Below, piece after piece: positions 29,489-43,205 of a stretch of DNA of 64,000 nucleotides. Origin of the DNA: an uncultured delta proteobacterium (GTDB lineage Bacteria; Desulfobacterota; RBG-13-43-22); contig CAVUPH010000010.1 in NCBI GenBank assembly GCA_963743305.1, forward strand, positions 96,001 through 160,000, in the 5' to 3' direction. Under the pieces are notes generated by a model. The model was given only the letters and a program-made list of their open reading frames with translations. It did no database searches and was not told the DNA's origin. Both the position numbers and the translations under genes were made by a program. Within the stretch, counting starts at the first letter, position 1. Each line of letters starts with the position of its first letter.

Positions 29489-32424
29489 TCATATTAGCTC
29501 ACCGGATACCGAGGATCTACCTTTTTTACGGGTCGGATTGAAAATCTTCTGAAAATGGAGGCGAATATTTTGGGTCACCTTGCGATAATGCCGGTAAAGA
29601 TCCCAGGAAAGGATCGGCACCCGAGGTGCCTGGCCCAAGCCCATTAAATCCAGTTTTTCCAGTCGCTTGATCTCTTCCGGGAGGTAGGTCCGCGGCTCTT
29701 CCCGCCGGTCCAGGAGGAGCTGTAACCCGTGATCCAGGGAGCACAAAAACTGATGTCCGTCCCGCAAAATTAGATAGGTCTCTTCCGTCAGGCCCCCCGT
29801 ATCCCGCAGGGCCTGTAAAACTTTCAAGGTGTTGGTTTGGCGGACCTCGGGAACCTGGAGGCCGTGGAGCCGCTGTAAATATTGGGTGATAAATTCAACG
29901 TCGCTCATGCCCCCATAGCCCAATTTGGGGTTGACCCGTTCGCTCCCTTCCCCGGACCGCTCCACTTCCATACGTTTGCGAAAATACGCCATTTCTTCCC
30001 GAATACCCGCGGGGGCAGGCGTTTGATAGAGAAGCCTCTGAATTTCCTCCCGGATTTTCTGGGCCAGGGGTTCCGGCCCGGCGATCACCCGGGCCTTGAG
30101 CAGCATTTGCAGTTCCCAATTCTGGGCCTGGTGACGGTAATACTCCCGAAAAGATTCCAGGGAAACGACCAGGGGCCCAAAGGTCCCGGAAGGCCTTAAC
30201 CGGGTATCCACCCCATAACCCGGACCTTCCTTGAGGGGCAGAGAGATATATGAAATCAAGCGCTGGGCCAACCGGACCAGATATTCACTCCAGGTTATCC
30301 AGGGACGAGACTCTTTTGACCGAGTGGCCCGCGAAGCGGATTGGGCCTCATCGGGAAAGACGGTCTTTAAGGAATAAACGAACATCAGGTCCAGGTCGGA
30401 GGCATAGCCGAGGTCCTGACCTCCCAATTTCCCCAACCCTAGAATGCAGAAAGGGGCCAAGGGGCGGGCCTTGGAAGATCGGGGATAAATGGGATGAATC
30501 ACTTCCCGACTGAGGGTATCTTCGGCGACCCGGGCGGTTTCCACAATCACTTGGTCCGCCAATAGAGACAATCGTTCGGAGGCCTCGGAGGGATTCAGCC
30601 TCCCGGCCATTTCCTCCAGGGCGATTTCCAGAAAATGCTCGTTTTTCCAGCGGCGCAGCCGGGAGAGGTTGTCTTCCAGGTCCGGGTGCGCCGGTCGTTT
30701 AACCGGCAAGGGACTGGGCCAGTCGGAATAAAAGGAAAAGCCGCTTTCCCGGCGCAGGGCCAGACGATCAACCAGCTCGGGATTCTGGATAAAGAACCGG
30801 GACAGCAGGGTGCTTCGGGCAAACAAATGGAGGATTTCCGTTAACAGGGTGGTCCGTTCCAGGAGCATGGACAATATCCCGGTCCGCCCGCCGAGGCTCC
30901 TCAAAAAAAGGTCCAAAAAATGAAGGGTTTGATCCGGGTCAGGGGTTTGAATAACCCCGTGGAGCAGCGCGGGAACTATTCGGATCAACAATTCTTTTTC
31001 TCTTTGGGCCCGTTGGGAAGAGGCCATGCGTTTTTTCCAAGAAACGAGAATTTCCCGGGCTGCGGCCCATTGGTGAAACCCCAAGGCCGTAAGCGAGGTT
31101 TTCCAATCTTCGGGTTCTTGCGGCTCAAAGAGACGCGAAACTTCCCGGGGAGAAACCGAGTACGGCGCCAGCAGCAGTTGAGCGAAGGTCTGTTGTACCC
31201 CTTCCCGGATCTGGGCCAGTTCGCGAAGCCAGCTTTCCAGGCTCAAGGGTTCCGTTGATTTCCGTCGAGGCATGGACCGGGCCACCTGGTGCAAGGGTCC
31301 GGGTTCCTTGGGCAGGCTATGGGTTTGTCGTTGGTGACGCATTTGGAGACGATGTTCCAAGGTTCGCAAATAGGTATAAGCCTTTACCAGGTGGCGATAT
31401 TCTTCTTTGGGCAGCAGACGGGTCTGATACAGCCGGCGCAGGGCCGCCAAGGTATTTCTTTCTCTAATCGCCGGGAGTCGGCCCCCAAAAACCAACTGCA
31501 GGGCCTGGACGATAAATTCGATTTCCCGAATCCCCCCGGGTCCGAGTTTAATGTTGTTGTCGGCCAGCAGATGGGAACGGGCTTCCTGGAGTATTCGTTC
31601 CTTAAGTCCCCGGATATCCTCCAGAACACTGTAGTCCATTACCCGGCGGTAAACGACCGGTTGGATTCCCTCCAGAAAACGTCGTCCCAAGTCCAGGTTT
31701 CCGGCCACCACTCGGGATTTGATCAAGGCCATCCGTTCCCAGGTCTTAGCCTCCGACTGGTAATATTCCAAGGCATTTTCCAGGCTGAGGGCCAACTCGG
31801 AATCTTTCCCGCCGGGACGGAGGTTTAAATCCACCCGAAAAACCAAATCGCCGTTCATCAGGGCGGCCATGGACTGGGTGATACGCCGGGTCAGGAGTTG
31901 GTAAAATTCCCTTTGCTCGCCAAAAGAAAAGGGAAGGTCCGCCAGGGGTTGATAAAGGAAGATCAGATCGATGTCGGAACTGAAATTCAGTTCCTCCCCC
32001 CGAATTTTCCCAACCCCAGAACTACCAGCCCTTTTTGTTCCAGCAAAATAGGGTTCCAGCTTTTTCCTTTGACCAGTTCCCGGTAGCTAAAGGCTGTGGC
32101 CATCTCCAAGCAAACTTGGGCCAGGTTGGTCAACTCCTGGGTACAGTCCCTTAAGGAAATCCGGCCTCCCAAGTCACGGGCGGCAATACGCAGGATCTCC
32201 GCCTGTTTGAAGCGCCGCAAGGAGAGGCCGAAGGCCTGAAAATCCTCCCGGCCGTCCAATTGATTCCGCAACATCTGGCCCAACTGGTTTCGAGACAACC
32301 GGGAATGGTATCCTTCCCGGAGAAAGATCTCCTCGGCCAACGAAGGCTGCTGCTGAAGGACCTGGCTCAGGTAAGGGGAAAAAAGCCGAATTTCATCTAA
32401 AAGGGACTGGCCATCGGGGGACAT
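29489..32424 (-). CDS. glnE: Bifunctional GS adenylyltransferase/removase; frameshift near 31995
   Basis: Two NT domains GLGKFGG(E)ELNFSSDIDL and GLGKLGGQDLGYASDLDL; VD..LRP.G twice; WERMALIK; KLG.GG; one G missing from a homopolymer joins the two ORFs. Confidence 0.9.
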
Positions 32425-32473
32425 GGTTTTTAATCAGCGGGTTCTGAACTGGTTAGGGGTTAACGTTGGGGAC

Positions 32474-32520
32474 GGTGGACGGCGAAGCCCTCCGATTTAA
32501 GGATAGATTCGCCGCCCGCC
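32474..32520 (-). terminator. Long imperfect hairpin between glnA and glnE
   Basis: Minus strand GGCGGGCGGCGAA...TTCGCCGTCCACC, about 40 nt after the glnA stop; no U-tract. Confidence 0.4.
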
Positions 32521-32559
32521 GCCGATACGTTGACCTTTCTGCTCGTGCCTCAAGATCGT

Positions 32560-33973
32560 TTAGATATCAAAATAAAGCATGAATTCATGAGGATGGGGAC
32601 GAAGCCGCACCGGGTTTACTTCCCCCTCGGTCTTGTACTCGATCCATTTCTCGATCACATCCGGGGTAAAGACATCGCCGCGCAGCAAAAATTCATGATC
32701 TTCCTTCAGGGCGTTCAGGGATTCTTCCAAAGATCCGGGAGCCGAAGGCACATTGGCCAATTCCTCCGGGCTGAGGCCGTAAATGTCCTTGTCTAAAGGT
32801 TCTCCGGGGTCGAGACGGTTTTCAATCCCGTCGAGCACGGCCATCAGAATGGCCGAAAAGGCCAGATAGCCGTTGCAGGAAGGATCGGGGGTCCGGAATT
32901 CAAGCCTTTTGGCCTTAGGAGAAGGAGAATACATGGGGATGCGGATGGCGGCGCTGCGGTTTCGGCTGGAATAGGCCAGATTGACCGGGGCTTCAAATCC
33001 GGGGACCAGACGTTTATAGGAGTTGGTGGTCGGGTTGGTGAAGGCGCACAGGGCCCGAGCATGTTTCAGTATCCCGCCGGCGGCATACAGGGCCTGCTGG
33101 CTGAGACCGGCATACTTGTCCCCGGCGAAGAGGGGGTTGCCGCCCTTCCACAGGCTGACGTGGGTGTGCATGCCCGACCCGTTGTCGGCGAAAAGCGGTT
33201 TGGGCATGAAGGTAACGGTCTTGTTGTTCCTTTTGGCCACGTTCTTGATGACATATTTGAACCACATGAGTTGGTCGCCCATCTTGACCAGGGGCTGAAA
33301 CTTCATGTCGATTTCCGCCTGCCCGGCCGTAGCCACCTCGTGATGCTGACATTCGATTTCCATGCCGAGCTGTTCCATGACCAGGACCATTTCCGTGCGC
33401 AGGTCCTGCTGGCTGTCGGTGGGGGAAACCGGGAAATAGCCTTCTTTGTGGCGGGGTTTATAGCCCAGGTTGGGATTTTCTTCCGCGGCCGCTGTTCCAG
33501 ACCCCCTCCACCGAATCGATCTGATAAAAGGCGAAATTGGATCCTCCGTCGTAGCGGATGTCATCGAAGATGAAAAATTCGGCTTCCGGACCAAAGAAAG
33601 CCGTATCGGCCAACCCGGTAAACTTCAAGTAGTTCTCCGCCTTATGGGCAATATTGCGCGGGTCCCGGCTATAGGCTTCCTTGGTTATGGGGTCGGCTAC
33701 GTTGCAGATCAGGCTTAAGGTGGGGACGGCCATAAAGGGGTCCATGACGGCTGTATCCGGATCCGGGATAACCAGCATGTCGCTGGCGTGAATGGGCTGC
33801 CAGCCCCGGATGCTCGAACCGTCAAAACCGAAGCCCCCCTCAAAGGAACCTTCGTCCAGTTCATGGAGCGGGACGCTGAAGTGCTGCCAGATGCCGGGGA
33901 AATCCAGGAACTTCAAATCCACCATCTTGGTCTTGTTCTTTTGGGCGAACGCTAAAACTTCTTTCGGGGTCAT
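32560..33973 (-). CDS. glnA: Glutamine synthetase type I (GSI-beta); frameshift near 33485
   Basis: [40 protein letters not shown], adenylylation loop DKDIY; one extra G separates ORFs 33458-33973 and 32560-33594. Confidence 0.93.
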
Positions 33974-34045
33974 TTTCTTAATCCTCCTTAGATTTGGGTG
34001 ATGGTTGTTAAAACAAATTTGATTTACCTGTAAATTATTATCTGG

Positions 34046-36637
34046 TTATTGGTCCAGGGCGAAGTATATGGCTTTCTTGATCTCCTCGATCTGCTCTTCA
34101 TCCCGTATCTTTTGTCCATCCAGATCGGCCACATAAAAAACGTCCACTACCTGGTCCACCTTGGTGGAAATCTTGGCAAAGTGAATATTAAGTTCCGCCT
34201 CGTAAAGGGCCTTAGAGATATTGTAGAGCAGCCCCAATCGGTCCTGGGAGAAAATTTCCAGGATAGTGAAAAAGTCAGAGCCATGGTTGTCGACCACGAC
34301 CTTGCTTTCGGAGTGAATACCTGCCCCCGATGACAGCAGGGGGCTGGGTTTTTTCTGGGCCAGACGATAATCCAGGGCCAGTTTCCCCTGGACGGCCTTG
34401 AGTAACTGCGTGTGCACCTTTTCCCAGGTTTCTTCCTCAAAAAGGGGATCCAGGGGCGGCTGGACCTGAAAGATATCCAGGGCGATATGGTCGGTTCGGG
34501 TGAAAATTTGAGCTCCCAAGATATTAATGTTGTTGATGCTTAAAACCCCGGTGAGTCGGGAGAAGAGCCCCGGGCGGTCCGGACAGCAGATGAACAGGTC
34601 GACTATGCCATCCTGCTTTTTTACGGACCAGGCTAAGGGGTTTTCATTCAACTGTCGGAGCAATTCAAGATGATGGACCGCCTTTTCCGGGGGGACGGAG
34701 AGGAGGTAGGTGGCCGGCATGCCCTCCAATAGTGCCCGGGCTTCCTGGGCCGTCATCTCCGGCCCGATCAGACGCAGGATCTCGAGACGGGCCGATTTAA
34801 GAGTTTCCCGGGCCTGGCCGGTTGCCATCTCTCCCTGCTCCAGGACTCGCAGCAGTTTGAAAAACAACTCCCGGATCAGCATGGATTTCCAGTTGTTCCA
34901 AGCTCGAAAACCCGTAGCCAGTGAGTCGGCATAGGTCAATAAGTAAAGCATCTTCAGCCGGCCGGGGTCCTGAATAATTTGAGCGCAGCGGATTATCAAT
35001 TCTTCGTCATTCAGATCGCGGCGCAGGGCCGTATCGGCCAGCAGCAGGTGGTGATCGACTAAAAATTGGATGGTTTCCGCGGTGACGGCGGATAAATCCA
35101 ATCGTTCGGCAATTGGAGGAATCAGCAGCGCCCCCTGGTGGGCGTGATTTTTACCGACCCCCTTGCCGATATCGTGGAGTAAGGCCGCCAGGAAAAGGGC
35201 CGGGAAGTCCGGAACTTCCCCCCAGAGGCCATAAAGGAGCGGTTCCTCTTTCAGATAGACCCCCTCGCCGATTTTTTTCAATTCCGTCAGGGTCAGGAGG
35301 AGATGAACATCGACCGTATAGACGTGATAGGTGTCAAATTGGGTGTGGCAGCGGATAGGTTCCAGCTCGGGGATATAGCGGGTTAATAGGCCGGTTTGCA
35401 GCAGGACTTCCAGCAGAGAACGGGAAGTCTTCAGGTCGCTGACCAGATCCACAAAGAGCTGAGAAACTTCCGGGGAACGCTGGAATGATTCGTCGACCAG
35501 GAAAAGGCATTGTTTGATCAGACGGATGGTCTCCTGGCTTAAGGGAACGTTTTCCTTGACCGCCTGTCGGAAAAGTTTCATCAGCATAGTCGGGTGGTCG
35601 ATAAGCACCCGGGCGGATTCGACGTACAGACGGTCCCCTTCCAGGTAAAGGCCGGGTTCCAGAACCCGACGAGGCCGGGCGCCGCCTGTTTGCAGTTCGG
35701 CCAGGCGTTCAAAAAAGTTCTGATGGATGGTGTGGACATCCTGGAGGTGCTGGTAAACCTCACGCATGAATATTTCCACGGGAAGCGTATTGCCCCGACC
35801 GGCGACCCCCTGCCATTCCGCCAGGGCTTCCTGGGTTTCAAAGGAAAGGCGGTCATTCTTGCGACCGGTCTGGTAATGGAGCTGATGCCGGAGCCGCAAC
35901 AAGAAATTCTGGGCGGCCGCCAGAATGCGCCGATCATCCCAGGTTAATAGACCGACCTTCTCCAGGGAGTAAAAGTCCGGGGCGTCGAAGAGGGCCTTGC
36001 CGATCCAGAGCAGGAGGTGAAGATCCCGGAGACCCCCCAGCCCCTCTTTCAGGTGTGGTTCCAGAAAAAAGGCCGAATCGCCGTAGCGCAAATGCCGCTT
36101 TTCCCTCTCGGCGATCACCCATTCCTGCCACCTCCGTCCCAGGTCTTGTTTGAGCAGGGCCTTAATCTGCGTCTTCAGTGTTTGGGCCAAGGGTGGATTG
36201 CCGGTTATGCGGCGTAGATCCAGCAGGGCGGTCAGAAAAGAAAGGTCCGAGCCGGCCATCTCCAAGCACTCGCCCAGGGACTGGACGGTATACCCTACTT
36301 CATAACCCACGTCCCAGAAGGGGTAGAGGATTTTGCGGATGATTTCTTCGGCCGGGGATTCGATGGGTCCCGGGAAAAGAAAGAGCAGATCGATATCCGA
36401 GAAGGGGGACAATTCCTTGCGGCCGTACCCTCCCAATCCCAGGACCACGCATTCAGTCTCCTCGCGTCCCTGACTTAATTGGCCTCGGATTTCCAGGCTG
36501 TTAAACACCGAGATAATGAAGACATCGATAAAGGAGGCATGCCAACCGGCAACCGCCAGTCCGGTTTCCCCTCGGGCTTGTCTTTCCTGCAACTTTAGCC
36601 GTTGCTCGGTCAAATATTTTTTGTGGAGCGGTTCCAT
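34046..36637 (-). CDS. glnD: [Protein-PII] uridylyltransferase
   Basis: GGYGRKELSPFSDIDL, EPHLKEGLGGLRD, H.YTVD.H, LLHDIGKG, two ACT domains (DRPGL, DRLGLL). Confidence 0.95.
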   Translation of the reverse strand: MEPLHKKYLTEQRLKLQERQARGETGLAVAGWHASFIDVFIISVFNSLEIRGQLSQGREETECVVLGLGGYGRKELSPFSDIDLLFLFPGPIESPAEEIIRKILYPFWDVGYEVGYTVQSLGECLEMAGSDLSFLTALLDLRRITGNPPLAQTLKTQIKALLKQDLGRRWQEWVIAEREKRHLRYGDSAFFLEPHLKEGLGGLRDLHLLLWIGKALFDAPDFYSLEKVGLLTWDDRRILAAAQNFLLRLRHQLHYQTGRKNDRLSFETQEALAEWQGVAGRGNTLPVEIFMREVYQHLQDVHTIHQNFFERLAELQTGGARPRRVLEPGLYLEGDRLYVESARVLIDHPTMLMKLFRQAVKENVPLSQETIRLIKQCLFLVDESFQRSPEVSQLFVDLVSDLKTSRSLLEVLLQTGLLTRYIPELEPIRCHTQFDTYHVYTVDVHLLLTLTELKKIGEGVYLKEEPLLYGLWGEVPDFPALFLAALLHDIGKGVGKNHAHQGALLIPPIAERLDLSAVTAETIQFLVDHHLLLADTALRRDLNDEELIIRCAQIIQDPGRLKMLYLLTYADSLATGFRAWNNWKSMLIRELFFKLLRVLEQGEMATGQARETLKSARLEILRLIGPEMTAQEARALLEGMPATYLLSVPPEKAVHHLELLRQLNENPLAWSVKKQDGIVDLFICCPDRPGLFSRLTGVLSINNINILGAQIFTRTDHIALDIFQVQPPLDPLFEEETWEKVHTQLLKAVQGKLALDYRLAQKKPSPLLSSGAGIHSESKVVVDNHGSDFFTILEIFSQDRLGLLYNISKALYEAELNIHFAKISTKVDQVVDVFYVADLDGQKIRDEEQIEEIKKAIYFALDQ

Positions 36638-36677
36638 TTCCCTAATAAAGGAGTTCTTTGAAGGCCGTCGATCAAAA

Positions 36678-37031
<354 letters not shown>

Positions 37032-37085
37032 CTACCTGTCCGGACGCGTCTGGATTAATTGAATTTGTGGAATAATTTATATTAA

Positions 37086-37101
37086 AGCAATCCCTGTGCC
37101 A
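37086..37101 (-). promoter_or_regulatory. sigma54 -24/-12 promoter of glnB-glnD-glnA-glnE
   Basis: Minus strand TGGCAC-AGGGA-TTGCT. Confidence 0.88.
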
Positions 37102-37179
37102 TTCCCCAAAAATATATAAAAAAACAGTAATAACAATGGGCTAAAAAAAATAGACCTCGGAGATCCTCGGATTATAATT

Positions 37180-37225
37180 ATACAATATAGTAATTAATTT
37201 ACCTAATAATTATACATTATTGTAA
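37180..37225. promoter_or_regulatory. Twin enhancer-like boxes upstream of glnB promoter
   Basis: ATACAATATAGTAA (37180) and ATACATTATTGTAA (37212). Confidence 0.65.
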
Positions 37226-37260
37226 TACAAACCAATAAAATTGAAAAAACGTTTTTTATA

Positions 37261-38010
37261 TTAATGAACGGATTTTCCTTTTGTTTCCAGGAGCTGGAGG
37301 TAGCCCAGTAAAACCCGCCGGGCCTGGGCCTGAAGACGCTCCAGATAAATAGCGGCGTCCCGAAGAATATCCTGGGCCGTGTTCGGTTGGGGGCGGGCCT
37401 TTCGAATGTCTTCCCCCCAAGAGGCCAGCCAGGTCTCCAGCATGGGTTGGGTGATTTCCAGGTGGAATTGAAACCCGTAGGCCATCGTCCCCCAGCGGAA
37501 GGCCTGGTGAGGATAGGCGGGGTTGCCGGCCAGGCAGTCCGCCCCGGGAGGGAGGTCGAAGGTCTCTCCATGCCACTGGAAGACCATGAAATAAGGATCC
37601 AACTGGGAAAAAAGGGGATCGTTTCGCGCCGAAGGGGTCTGGTTCAGCCAGTACCAGCCTATTTCCTTATGAGGTCCGGGATAGACCCTGGCCCCTAGGG
37701 CCTTGGCCATAAGTTGGGCCCCCAGGCAGATTCCCAAGACCGGCTCCTCCGTTTTCAGGGCCTTCCGGAGAAAGGGTATTTCTTTTTTGAGATAGGGATA
37801 GGCCTTTTCCTGATTGGCGCTCATGGGTCCGCCCATGACCAGAGTCAGACCAAACCCGTAAGGGGAGGCGGGGAGATCCGCTCCGGCAAAGAGAGGCAGG
37901 ATCTCCAAGCCCCATCCCAGTTCCAGAAGGATTTCTTCAAACAGGCCTCCCCGTTCTTCGGCAGTATGCTGGAGAATGAGAGCCGTTTTGTTCATTACCC
38001 GCCTCGTCAC
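37261..38010 (-). CDS. Stand-alone type 1 glutamine amidotransferase
   Basis: VMGGPMS, LGICLGAQL, EIGW, FQWHGETF, FQFHLE (Cys-His-Glu triad). Confidence 0.9.
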   Translation of the reverse strand: MTRRVMNKTALILQHTAEERGGLFEEILLELGWGLEILPLFAGADLPASPYGFGLTLVMGGPMSANQEKAYPYLKKEIPFLRKALKTEEPVLGICLGAQLMAKALGARVYPGPHKEIGWYWLNQTPSARNDPLFSQLDPYFMVFQWHGETFDLPPGADCLAGNPAYPHQAFRWGTMAYGFQFHLEITQPMLETWLASWGEDIRKARPQPNTAQDILRDAAIYLERLQAQARRVLLGYLQLLETKGKSVH

Positions 38011-38015
38011 GCCTT

Positions 38016-38366
<351 letters not shown>

Positions 38367-39597
38367 CTATAGGGTGTAGCCCACTTCACTGTGTTGACTG
38401 ATATCCAGTCCGGCCCTCTCCTCTTCAGTTTCCACTCGCAGGCCCATGGTCCAGTCCAGGACCTTGAGGATGATCAGGGTCATCACAAAGGAGTAAATCA
38501 AGGTGACTCCTACGGCGAGGGCCTGGGTGCCCAGGAGCGCCGGATTGCCGAAAAACAGGCCATTGTTGCCGGCCTCGTTGATGGCCTTGCTGGCGAATAG
38601 ACCGGTGGCCAGGGCGCCGAAGGTCCCACCGACCCCATGGACGCCGACTACGTCCAGGGCATCATCGTAGCCGAGTTTATGTTTTAAGAAAATAGCAAAA
38701 TAACAGAGACAGCCGGCCGCCAAGCCGATAATAATGGCCGATAGGGGGCCCACGAAACCGGCGGCCGGGGTAATTGCCACCAGGCCGGCCACGCAACCGC
38801 TGGCGGCCCCCAGGGCTGGTAGGCTTGCCCCGGTAGAGCCATTCGGTAAAGGTCCAGGAGAGGGTCGCGGCCGCGGCGGCGATATGGGTGGCCACAAAGG
38901 CCGAGACCGCCAAGCCGTTGGCCGCCAGGGCGCTGCCGGCATTGAAGCCGAACCAGCCGAACCAGAGGATGGAGGCGCCCAGGATGGTCATGGGCAGGTT
39001 GTGGGGATGGAACGGCTCATGACCGTATCCCTTGCGTTTGCCGATGACGATGGCGGCCGCCAAGGCGGCGATCCCGGAATTAATATGCACTACGGTGCCG
39101 CCGGCAAAATCCAGGGCCCCCAGGTCGCGGATCCACCCGCCGATGCCCCAAACCCAATGGGCCACCGGGTTATAAACCAACGTTGCCCAAAGGAGCGTGA
39201 AGACCAAGAAGGTGGAGAATTTCATGCGTTCCGCAAAGGTTCCGGTAATCAAGGCCGGCGTGATGACCGCAAACATCAGTTGAAATGCCATAAAAGCCTG
39301 GTGCGGAATGGTGGCCGAATAATCCTTGAAAGGCGCCGTTCCCACCCCGGCCAGTCCGAACCAATCCAGGCTGCCGACGATCCCTCCCAGGTCGGGCCCG
39401 AAGGCGTTGCTGTAGCCCCAAAGGACCCATTCGACCGAGATTAGCCCTAAGATAATAAAACTGTGCATGATGGTTCCTAGGACGTTTTTGCTCCGGACCA
39501 TGCCGCCGTAAAACAAGGCCAGGCCTGGGGTCATGAACATCACTAATGCGGCCGAGATCAATATGAAGGCCGTGTCCCCCGTGTTGATTGCATCCAT
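38367..39597 (-). CDS. amtB: Ammonium transporter; frameshift near 38820
   Basis: MTPGLALFYGG, FQLMFAVIT, DFAGGTVVH, WFGWFGFNAGS, GLVAITP, DDALDVVGVHG; one extra A in AAG CCT ACC (A) GCC CTG. Confidence 0.93.
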
Positions 39598-39653
39598 GGT
39601 TGTTTCCTCCCCCTGTAAAAAGAAATTTTTTCAAATCGTTGCCGATTGTAGAG

Positions 39654-39668
39654 GCAGGAAATGTGCCA
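39654..39668 (-). promoter_or_regulatory. sigma54 promoter of amtB-glnK-GATase
   Basis: Minus strand TGGCAC-ATTTC-CTGC. Confidence 0.8.
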
Positions 39669-39747
39669 AAAGGTATTTTTATATTTTTTTTAATAAAATT
39701 TCGATAGGTTATATAAATATTTCCCCATAACGGGCCGTTTCATGTTA

Positions 39748-39791
39748 ATCCAAAATTGTATTATTTTTTTTATTTTTAGACAATTTTGTTA
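39748..39791. promoter_or_regulatory. Twin enhancer-like boxes upstream of amtB1 promoter
   Basis: ATCCAAAATTGTAT (39748) and AGACAATTTTGTTA (39778). Confidence 0.6.
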
Positions 39792-39797
39792 TGTATT

Positions 39798-39838
39798 GGA
39801 TTGGGGAGGGAGGGGGAGAGGACCCTCCCTCCCAATCC
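39798..39838 (-). terminator. Hairpin after second glnK
   Basis: GGATTGGG(G)AGGGAGGG...CCCTCCCTCCCAATCC inverted repeat. Confidence 0.6.
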
Positions 39839-39875
39839 GCGACCTCATCAAGCAATTCAAGGGTTTCTACGTCCG

Positions 39876-41901
<2,026 letters not shown>

Positions 41902-42161
41902 GGTTTCCTCCTAAAAATTTAATATTTCCTTCAAAGGTAGTTTTCTGAAACCGTTAAACCCTTTGAAGAACAGTTTGAGATTAGTTCCTGATGATCAATC
42001 GTTATCGTTGATGCCCGGCGCGAGGCCCCCCGGGCTATGCTCCTTCCAGGTTCTTGTTCAACAATTTCTTCTTCATCCCCTTCCCCTTTCTTCTTCGCTC
42101 CTTAAAACAATATGGATGAATTATTGGTTTCCGGATCCAACAAATCTCATTTCTGGACTAA

Positions 42162-42177
42162 AGCAGGAATCATGCCA
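42162..42177 (-). promoter_or_regulatory. sigma54 promoter of amtB2-glnK
   Basis: Minus strand TGGCAT-GATTC-CTGCT. Confidence 0.78.
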
Positions 42178-42253
42178 TCCAGATTAAATAAATTTAATTA
42201 GTTATTCCAATATATTATGTTTAATACCGAGAATTTTGACAGACTGATTATAA

Positions 42254-42296
42254 TTTCGAAAATGTAATCTTTTTTTTATTTATTCCATTTTTGTAT
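42254..42296. promoter_or_regulatory. Twin enhancer-like boxes upstream of amtB2 promoter
   Basis: TTTCGAAAATGTAA (42254) and TTCCATTTTTGTAT (42283). Confidence 0.55.
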
Positions 42297-42408
42297 TTTA
42301 TGAGTCGTTCGCTCTATCTTTCATTTTTCATCTTCCGCGCTGAAAGGTGGCCATATCCGGAACCCGTCCCTTGTCTGCCGGCACTGCCCAAAACGCCTCC
42401 TGTTCCCC

Positions 42409-42732
42409 CTAGCGGCCAAGGTCCTCCTTGCCGGTCATTTCCTCAATCTCGATCCGGACGACGGCGTCAAGGCCAGTTGGTCTTCCGACAATTCTTTTTT
42501 CCTGGAGATAATAAAGGGCCGTTCCGGCGGCTATTCCGATGAGACAGCCGTAGGGAAGACAGACGGCGGCCAGGGCTACCAGAACCGTTATTACAAAATT
42601 GTCTTTGGACGGGGCCATATCCCTCATTCCGATAATCAGAGGAAGGTCGGTGCCGATGTCCCCGAAGGCCCCGGAGAGTTCGCTGCGGTCAAACCGTATC
42701 CGTGCTCGAATAAAATTCGTGATCGTTTTCAG
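42409..42732 (-). pseudogene. Internally deleted MOT1-type molybdate/sulfate transporter remnant
   Basis: In-frame RIRFDRSELSGAFGDIGTDLPLIIGM joined directly to C-terminal-type helices; only about 107 codons. Confidence 0.7.
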
Positions 42733-42775
42733 GCGATCCTTACACCCTGTTGGCCCGGAATGACGAAAAGGGTAA

Positions 42776-43084
42776 TCACCCGATCAAGTACGTCCGAGCC
42801 GGCTTTCCTTCTTCCAGCGCCTCGATGATCTCATCGATGGCCGATTCGGTTTCAACCCGGCCGTACCACCAGTTCTCCGGATAAACGACCAGAGAAGGTC
42901 CCGTATCACAGATCTTGAGACATCCGGTGCTGGAAACAACCACGTCGGTTAAACCACGGTCCGAGAGTTCTTGTTCCAGGTACTGGAGCAGATCCATAGA
43001 ATTCTTTTTGTGGCAGACCCCCTGAGGTGCGCCGCCGGCCCGAAAACTTCCGCAGACAAAGATATGATGCTTAGGTTTTTTCAT
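42776..43084 (-). CDS. Thioredoxin-like [2Fe-2S] ferredoxin (nif-associated)
   Basis: KPKHHIFVC, GVC, TGCLKICDTGP, VYPENWWY. Confidence 0.9.
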   Translation of the reverse strand: MKKPKHHIFVCGSFRAGGAPQGVCHKKNSMDLLQYLEQELSDRGLTDVVVSSTGCLKICDTGPSLVVYPENWWYGRVETESAIDEIIEALEEGKPARTYLIG

Positions 43085-43205
43085 TCTTCCCTCCGTTCTT
43101 TTGAATGGCTCCAATCGTTACCCTTCAGACCTCGTCTATCACCCTCGAAGTCGATGAGGATGTTTTCGCCGGACGCCGAACGCTTAACGCCCAACGTGCG
43201 GCTTC

